A stretch of 64,000 nucleotides of DNA from the human T2T-CHM13v2.0 reference genome, Homo sapiens. The notes under the pieces were generated by a model. That model was given only the letters and a program-made list of their open reading frames with translations, was not told where the DNA came from and ran no database searches. Each line of letters starts with the position of its first letter. The first letter of the stretch is position 1. The position numbers and the translations under genes were made by a program. This document shows positions 55,020 to 64,000 of this stretch, in pieces. Location: assembly GCF_009914755.1 (NCBI RefSeq), contig NC_060932.1, one strand, 5' to 3'.

Positions 55020-56345
55020 TGTTTGTTGCCATGACATTTAGGATCATTATGTCTACCCTGTGATTGATCCTTTTACTGTTATAAAATATTCCTCTTTGTT
55101 GTTAGTAATTTTCTTTTCACTGAAGACTAATTTTTCTGATATTAATATAGTCACTACTGCTTTTTAAAATGAATTCTTCTTTTTTCATCCTTTTTCCTTC
55201 AACCTACCTATATCATTGTATTTGAAGTGACTTTCTTTAAGAAAACATATGGTTGGATCATGTTTTTTCATCCAGTCTGCCAATTTCTGTCCATTAACTG
55301 ATGTAATTAAATTATTTACATTTGAGTTAATTATTGATATGTTAGGGCTGAAATCTACCATTTTGTTATTTCTATTTTTTTATTTCTCATTTGTTTCATT
55401 TTTCTTTCCTTTTTGTATGCTACTTCAATATTTTTAGCTTCTTATTTTGATTTATATATAGTCTTTTGTAGTATATTGCTTTGTATAGTTTTCTTAGTTG
55501 TTGCTCTAGATATTATTACAATATATGCATGTAATTTATCATAATCTATTAATATAAACTTTTTACCATTTTGAATGAAGTGTAGTAAAGGTACTTCCTT
55601 TTAGACACATTTACTCTCCATTTAAATATAGTCACCTTTAAATATAGTTGTCCTGAGTGCCACAATTTATTATGCACCACATCAGATGATGCTACACTTT
55701 TTTCATCTACTATCAAATATTATTTAAGAAGTGCATGAAGCATAAGGATAACATATAGATCGATGTAATAGAATTGAGAGTTTATAAATAAACCTTGAAA
55801 ATTATGGTCAACTGAATTTTAACAAGGATGCCAAGACATTTCAATGGGGAAAAAATAGTCTTCTCAACAAAGGTGTTGGAACCATTGGATATCTGTATGC
55901 AAAAGAATGAAGCTGGAACCCTTACCTCACACCATATACAAAAATTAACATTTCTCCCAAAAAGACATACAAATGGCCAACATGCACAGGGAAGGACGCT
56001 TAACATTATTAGTCATTAGAGAAGTACAAATCAAAACCACTTGAGATCCCACTTTATACCTACTAGGATGGCTATAATAAAAAAGTCAGATAAAATCAGT
56101 GTTGTTAAGGATATAAAAAAGTTGGAACACTTGTTCACTGCTGTGAGAATGTAAAGCAATTCAGCCATTTTAAAAAATATCTAGAGTTACCAGACAAACC
56201 AGGAATTCCATTTCTAGGTATCTACTCAAAAGAATTAAAAACATATGTCCTTACAAAAACTTGTACATGAATGTTCGTAACTGCACTATGCATGAAACTC
56301 CCAAAGTGGAAATACTCAAATATCCATCAACTGAAGAATCAATAA
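55020..56345. mobile_element. Old L1 fragments (minus ~55020-55740, plus ~55745-56345)
   Basis: Antisense ORF1/ORF2 junction-like sequence, then sense ORF2 C-terminal remnants (ctgaattttaacaagg...aaatcaaaaccac). Confidence 0.6.
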
Positions 56346-56379
56346 AGATGGGGCCTAGCTATAATCTCTAGAAAGAAAA

Positions 56380-57850
56380 AGTTTTACAATGAGATGGTCA
56401 GTAGAAAAAGCCACAGTCACTGTTCCTACAGCTGTTCCATGGGCCATAACTGATATACTTCCTCTTCCTCCTCTCCATAACCCATTTTCTATTTTCTCCA
56501 TCCTTGGCTAGCATTTCAGTCTCTCTGGATTCCTTGCTTGATGGAATGACCTAAAATGTCACCTCTAGACTGAGGCTTTGCTTGCCTTCCCCTCATCAGG
56601 CCATTGTTACTGCATTCACCTGTTTGTTTTTATGTACTTGGAATAGTAGCACTAAGGGATGTTCCAATCAGTCCTTTGATTTGTAGGCTTTTCCCTGACC
56701 CATAAAGTAGTAGCAACCTGATTTCTTGCTTATAATCAGAGCCAGTTGGCCCTGCTGATAGAGTAACTCTTTTCACCGCCTGTTGGTTCATGAACATGAG
56801 GAGCGACCAGGCATTAGTTGTAGTTTTGAGTTTACTGAAACATCATATCCCTAGTGAAAGTATTATCTCCTTCCTGAGAATCAGAACCTCGAATCCAGTA
56901 GACCACAGAGTTGCAGGGATGGAAAATAAAAATTCTGCAAGTTGGATCATGGGAGTCATGCAGCATAGAGCCAGTCTTATTTCTACCCCTTGGTTCCTGA
57001 ACCTGTGCAGTGAACTTGTCAGGAATAGGACCAAATATCATGCAATTGTTGAATGCATATATAACATCCTGAAGGATGGTGCAGCACCACTGCAGGATGT
57101 TGTCTACAAATGGGCATCTTAATGGAACCTTTCCAAAGTTCTACCAGGCTGGTGCACTGGGGAACATAGTATGTGATAGGACCTAGGTCCCATGGACCTG
57201 TGCCCACTATTCCATCTTGTTTTGCTGTAAAATGACTCTTTTGGCCTGTGGTGGTGTTACACAGGATCTCATGTTGGTAAATTACATTATAATCCCTTGG
57301 AGACTGGTGCCATCAAAGGTACTGCAGGCAGAGAAGTCACACCTTATCTAAAGTTAGCATCAAAGATGAATTATACCCTTTCAGGATTGAAAAGACGCAA
57401 AATATTCCATTTACCCAAGATGCTAGCTGGCCTGCTTAAGGGGTACTGTATTGAGAACACATTTGGTCCCCAGTGCTTCCTAGTTTTGTAGTTAGCAATA
57501 GAAATAACAGGGTCAGCTATGGTGAAAGAGAACCTGAGATACTGAGCCCATGAACAACCTCTAACCCCACCACCATGGCTACCTTGTATGTAGCATGCTA
57601 TGCAAGCACTGGAGCAGCTAAGAAGAGTTACTCAGTCTGCCTTGTTGTTGAATATCTCCTCTGCAGTTGGTGTTTTCTGGTGGGTATTACAATGAAACAC
57701 AAAGATCTGCACTCCTTGTGCCCACTCTCTAAAGTCCATCCACATGTATCTTCCCCAGATCTTGTCTCTGATTTTCCATTTCCACTGTTTCCAGGCCCTG
57801 AGTAACCTACCAGGCCATTTACCACTACCTAGTTCCCTTTTGGGGCTGCA
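56380..57850 (-). mobile_element. ERVL-type internal remnant (pol RNase H/integrase region)
   Basis: Minus frame AWKQWKWKIRDKIWGRYMWMDFREWAQGVQIFVFHCNTHQK..AEEIFNNKAD matches the ERVL RNase H motif WK..DWKIGDKE.WGR.MW. Confidence 0.75.
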
Positions 57851-60800
57851 GACAATGAATATAGAAAACATGTAGAGAGATTTTCTATAAAAAGGAACAG
57901 GGACTTGGAGAATGATTGGAGAGAGAAAAGGGGTCAAGATAGTTTTTCTTTTAAGATAAGAAGAAATCAGAGTGTGTCAGTATGCTGATGGAAATAATCC
58001 CAATGAAATAGAATCTATGATGTAGTACATGGAGAATTGCTGCAGATGGATTTCAGTAGCCTTGAAATGCACTGTAAATGATAATATATTATTTGAAGCC
58101 AAATTATGACATATTTTAATCATTTCTACATAAATTTAATGGGATTATATAAATTAATCATTCAAGTAACATATATTAAGGCATCTACTGGGAGCTAAGG
58201 GTGTGCTATTTCTAGGGATATAAAGATAAATAAGAACTTCTTAAGGAATTTACAATGAGAGAGATGATTGTGGAAAAAGTTAATTGCAATTCAATGTGAG
58301 AAAAGCTATAATAGAAGCCTGGGTAGAAGGATCTTCATTTTGATATCATATACCCCAAATACTCAAATAACTGCTTACATATATAGAACCTAAGTGCAAA
58401 AGATACACAACTTGTTCTTTCAGGATTTTAAAATATCTTTTATCTGTTGTTCTTGTACTCACAGGAAAAAATCAAAAGAGAAGCTACTTCTTTTTAATTT
58501 GCCCTCTTTTTTTCTTACTGCAAAATGGATAGAGAGATGATGTAAATGTAAATGTGGTTATAAAAAGTTACAATTATGAATAATTGGTACTGCCAGTTAC
58601 AGATTCTGATGAATTGCTGATATGTAGAATCACTAAGATAATTGGCAGAGGAATGTTATAAAATCAGATAATGCTTCCCTAGGAAATTATTAGGGAAAAA
58701 TAGCATTAGAATAGAGAAAATGAAGCTGATATTTTTGGGCTTTACTGTCTTTTACTGAGCATGCATTATGCATAAAATTGCATGGCATGAGTCAATTTCT
58801 AGAAGGTTTACTTTGAAGGGGAAAAGAGTGCAATTCTAAGAAGAACAATGTAAGTCCAAAGCCAAAAAACATCTTTACATTTTAAAAAGTTGCATTGCAT
58901 TTCCCTTATCTATATCACTGAGATATAACATCTTCAGAGGAAAACATGGATGAGGACCAAATGGAGCTGACTCTTGGCAATAGCCAACAATGGCATTTAC
59001 AAGTAACCAGAGTTGTTTAGAGCCAAACTAAGATCTATCTCCTCCCCCATATCCAATTAACTTCATTAAACTGACCCCATGTCCTACACAAAATACACTC
59101 TTTTTTGTCTTAAGAGATTAAAATAATTTTTCTAAATTTTCAATTTTATTAAATATAAATTATTCTTATTCTCATGATATAAATTATATTAATATATAAT
59201 TAAATGAATATTTAGCCAAGTTAGATCTCATTGACATGGAGGTGGCTTAGCAAGATGGCTGAATAGAAGCCTCCACCAATCATTCCCACCATGGGAACAA
59301 CAAATTTTTAACAACTGTCTGCACTCAGAAAAGCACCTTCATAAGAACCAAAAATCAGGTAAGCAATCACAGTACCTGATTTTTAACTTCATATTGCTAA
59401 AAGAGGCACTGAAGTGGGTAGGAAAGATGGTCTTGAATTGCCGATGTACTCCCTCCCCCATGCCCCAGCAGCAGTGGCATGGTACAGAGAGAAAATCTGT
59501 GTGCTTGGGGGAGGGAGTGCACAATGACTAGAGGACTTTGCATTGAACTCAGTGCTGCCTGTGGCAGAGGAAAGCAAAACTGTGCTGAACTCAGCCAGCA
59601 CTCACCCATGGAGGAAGCATTTTGACCAGAACTAACCAGAGGAAAAGTACCCATCCCAGCTGTCAGAACTCGTGTTTCTGGGCAAGCCTTGCCAACATGA
59701 ACTAAAGGGCTCTGGGGTTCTAAGTGAACTTGAAAGGCAGTCTAGGACACAAGGACTGCAAGTCTTTAGGCAACCAAGCACTAGGCTGGGCTTAGAGCCA
59801 ATGGACTGGGGTCCATATGACCTAGTGAGATATCAGACAGTTTGGCTAGGGAGTGCTTGTGCCACCCCTCCCCAAATACCAGGCAGTGCAGCTTGCAACA
59901 GTGAAAGTGACTCCTTTCTTTTGCTTGAAGAGAGGAGAGAGAAGAGTAAAAAGAATTTTGTCTTGCATCTTGGATACCAGCTCAGCCACAGTAGAAGAGG
60001 ACACCAGGCAGAGTCTTGAGGCCCCCATTCCAGGCCCTAGCTCCTGGATGACATTTCTAGACACACCCTGGGAAAGAAGGGAATCACTACCTTGAAGGGA
60101 AGGAACCAGTCCTGGCAGGATCCATCAGCTACTGACTAAGGAGCCCTTAGGCCCTGAATAACTAACTGCGACTCCCAGGTAGTACACTGTGAACCTTGAG
60201 TGAGACCCTGAGACATGCTGGCTTCAGGTAACAGCTTGGCCACAGGGTGGGAGAGCACCAAGTGGGTTCTTAGGGTCCCTGAGTCCAGGCCTAGGCATTT
60301 AGACAGCATTTCTGGGTCTGCGAGGGGCAAAAAGGGAGCCCACTGCCTTGTAGGGTAAGTCCCAGGCCTGGCATCATTCACCAAAAGCCGACTGAAGAGG
60401 CCTTGGGCCTTAAGTGAACATTGGCAGTGGCCTGGCAGAACTCTCCATGGGCTGGTGGTGGTGGTGGCATGGGGAGAGGATCCTCTGCCTATGGAAAGGG
60501 GAGGGAAGAGTGGGAATGACTTTGTCCTGTGGCTTGAGTGCCACATTACCCATAGTAGAATAAAATACCACGTAAATTTTTAAGGTTTTTAGCTCCAATC
60601 CCTGGCTTCCAGACAATATCTCTGGACCCACCTGGGGCCTGGAGGACCTTGCCACCCTGAAAAGGACACAAACCTGGCTAGCTTTGTTACGTGCTGATTG
60701 CCGAGCCATAGGGCCTTGAGTGAACATAAGTGGTAGCCAGGTAGTGGTTACAGTGGGCCTTGGGTGAGACCCAGTGCTGTTCTGGCTTCAGGTCTGACCC

Positions 60801-61298
60801 AGGACAGTCCCAGTCATGGCCACAGGGGTGCTTGTGTCACACCATCCCCAGCTCCAAGTGGCTCACCACACAGGTGGTGAGAAAGTAAGTGAAGAGAACA
60901 AGAGTCTTCACCTGACAATCCAGAGAATTCTTCTGGATCTTATTCGAGACCACCAAGGTAGTACCTCTATGAGTCTGCAAGAACCATAGCATTACTGGGC
61001 TTGGGGCCAAGTCCCCTTCTAATACCTGGAAAGCCTTCGCAAGAAGGATGCGCACAAACAAGCCCAGATTGCAATAATATCTAACTCTTCAATGCCCAGA
61101 CACTGACGAACATCCACAAGCATCAAAACCATCCAGAAAAACATGACCTCACCAAATGAACTAAACAAAGTACCAGGGATGAATTCTGGAGGAGCAGAGA
61201 TCTGTGATCTTTCAAATAGATAATTCAAAACAGCTGTTTTGAGGAAACTGAAAGAAATTCAAGATAACGCAGAGAAGAAATTCAGGATTCTATCAGAT

Positions 61299-61578
<280 letters not shown>

Positions 61579-62042
61579 GAATTATATCAGATAAATTTAA
61601 CAGAGATTGAAATAATTAAAAAGAATCGAGCAGAAACTCTAGAGTTGAAAATGCAATTTACATACTGAGTGATGCATGAGTCTCTTAACAGCAGAACTGA
61701 CCAAGCTGAAGAAAGAATTAGGGAGCTTGAAAATAGGCTATTTCAAAATACACTCAGAGGAGATGAAAGCAAAAAGAATAAAAAATGAAGCATGCCTACA
61801 ACATCTAGAAAATAGCCTCAAAAGGGCAAATCTAAGAATTATTGATCTTAAAGATGAGATAGAGAAAGAGACAGGGGTAGAAAGTTTATTCAAAAGGGTA
61901 ATATTAGAGAACTTCCCAAACCTAGAGAAAGATATCAATATTCTACTACAGAAGGTTATAGAACACCAAGCAGATTTAATCCAAAGAAAACTACCTCAGG
62001 CATTTAATAATCAAACTCCCCAAAATCAAGGATAACAAAAGG

Positions 62043-62357
<315 letters not shown>

Positions 62358-62758
62358 CTAAAAGCAGCAAGAGAAAAGAAACAAATGATACACAATGGAG
62401 CTCCAATAATTCTGACAGCAGACTTCAGGGAAAACCTTACAGGCCAAGAGAGAGTGGCATGACATATTTAAAGTGTTTAAGGAAGAAAATTTCTACCCTA
62501 AAATAGTGTACTAGTGAAAATATTCTTCAAACATGAAAAAGAAAAATAAAGACTTTCCAAGACAAATAAAAGCTGAGGGATTTCATCAATGCCAGACCTG
62601 TCCTACAGTAAAAGCTAAAGGGAGTTCCTCTATCTGAAAGAAGGGAACATTAATGAGCAATAAAAAATCATCTGAAGGCTCAAAACTCACTGGAAATAGT
62701 AAGCAGAAAAACAAAGAATATTATAACACTGTAATTGTGGTGTGCAAACTACTTATGT

Positions 62759-62921
<163 letters not shown>

Positions 62922-64000
62922 TAAGTATAAGGACTAAACAATAAACCAATCACAAATAATAGCTACAACAACTTTTCAGGACATAGAAAATATAATAAGA
63001 TATAAAGACAAACAACAAAAAGTTAAAAAGCAGGGGAACAAAGTGTAGAGTTTTTATTAGTTTTCTTTTTGCTTGTTTGTTTATGTAATCAGTGTTAAGT
63101 TTTCATCAGTTAAAAATAATGGGTTATAAGATAGTATTTGCAAGCCTCATGGTAAACTCAAATTTAAAAACATACAATGGATACACAAAAAATAAAAAGC
63201 AAGAAATTAAATTGCATTGCCAGAGAAAATCACTTTCACTAAAAGGAAGACAAGAAAGATGACTACAAAACAACCAGAAAACAAATATCAAAATGGCACA
63301 AGTAAGTCCTTACTTACCAATAATTACACTAAATGTAAATGGGCTAAACTCTACAATCAAAAGATATAAAGTGGCTGAATGAATAAAAAAAACAAGACCC
63401 AATGATCTGATGTCTACAAGAAACACACGTTACCTACAAAGATACACATAGGTTGAAAATAAAGGGATGGAAAAAGAGGTTCTTTGCTAATGGAAACCAA
63501 AAAAGAGTGGGATACTTATAGCAAACAAAATAGGTTTCAAGACAAAAACTATAAGAAGAGACAAAGAAGGTCATTATATAATGATAAAGGGGTAAATTCA
63601 GTAAGAAGATATAACAATCATAAATATATGCACACAACACTGGAGCTGCCAGATATACATAGAGCTAAAGAGAGAAATAGGCCCCAATACAATAGTAGCT
63701 GGAGACTCCAACACCCCACTTTCAGCACTGGACAGATTATCCAGACAGGTAATCAACAAAGAAACATCAGACTTAATCTATACCATAGAACAAATGGACC
63801 TAATAGATGTTTACAGAACATTTTATCCAATGGCTGCAGAATACACATTCTTCTCCTCAGCACATGGATCATTCTCAAGGATAGACTATATACATTAGGT
63901 CACAAAACAAGCCTTAAAACATTAAAAAAAAAAAAAAACCCTGAAATAGTATCAAGCATCTTCTCTAATCGCAACTGAATGAAACTAGAAATCAATAACA

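Overview
Primate (human-like) genomic DNA, mostly interspersed repeats, with no intact protein-coding gene that I can support. Main elements: a complete but decayed ERV1 provirus (10911-18146) with paired ~388-bp LTRs, a CCTTC TSD, a tRNA-Phe PBS and gag-pro-pol plus a TM-only env, consistent with HERV-Fb/HERVH48 (MER48 LTRs); a MER57 LTR-int carrying nested MER41, LTR1-like and Alu insertions and cut off by a 5'-truncated processed pseudogene; a near full-length L1PB whose short 5'UTR looks spliced (candidate SpIRE); a full THE1 MaLR with a nested LTR; Tigger3, Charlie1, MER1, MER5, MER20, ERVL remnants and about 20 Alus. The most interesting unexplained signal is a chain of six + strand exon-like segments in unique sequence (10682-10774, 27288-27733, 37601-37710, 48472-48555, 48779-48931, 50674-?). 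They have AG acceptors and (segments 1-5) GT donors and splice from a Kozak ATG into one protein-like frame interrupted by stops: a candidate unitary (unprocessed) pseudogene whose parent gene I cannot name. Repeat family names come from my recall of consensus sequences, not from a database search, and boundaries without a TSD are approximate.
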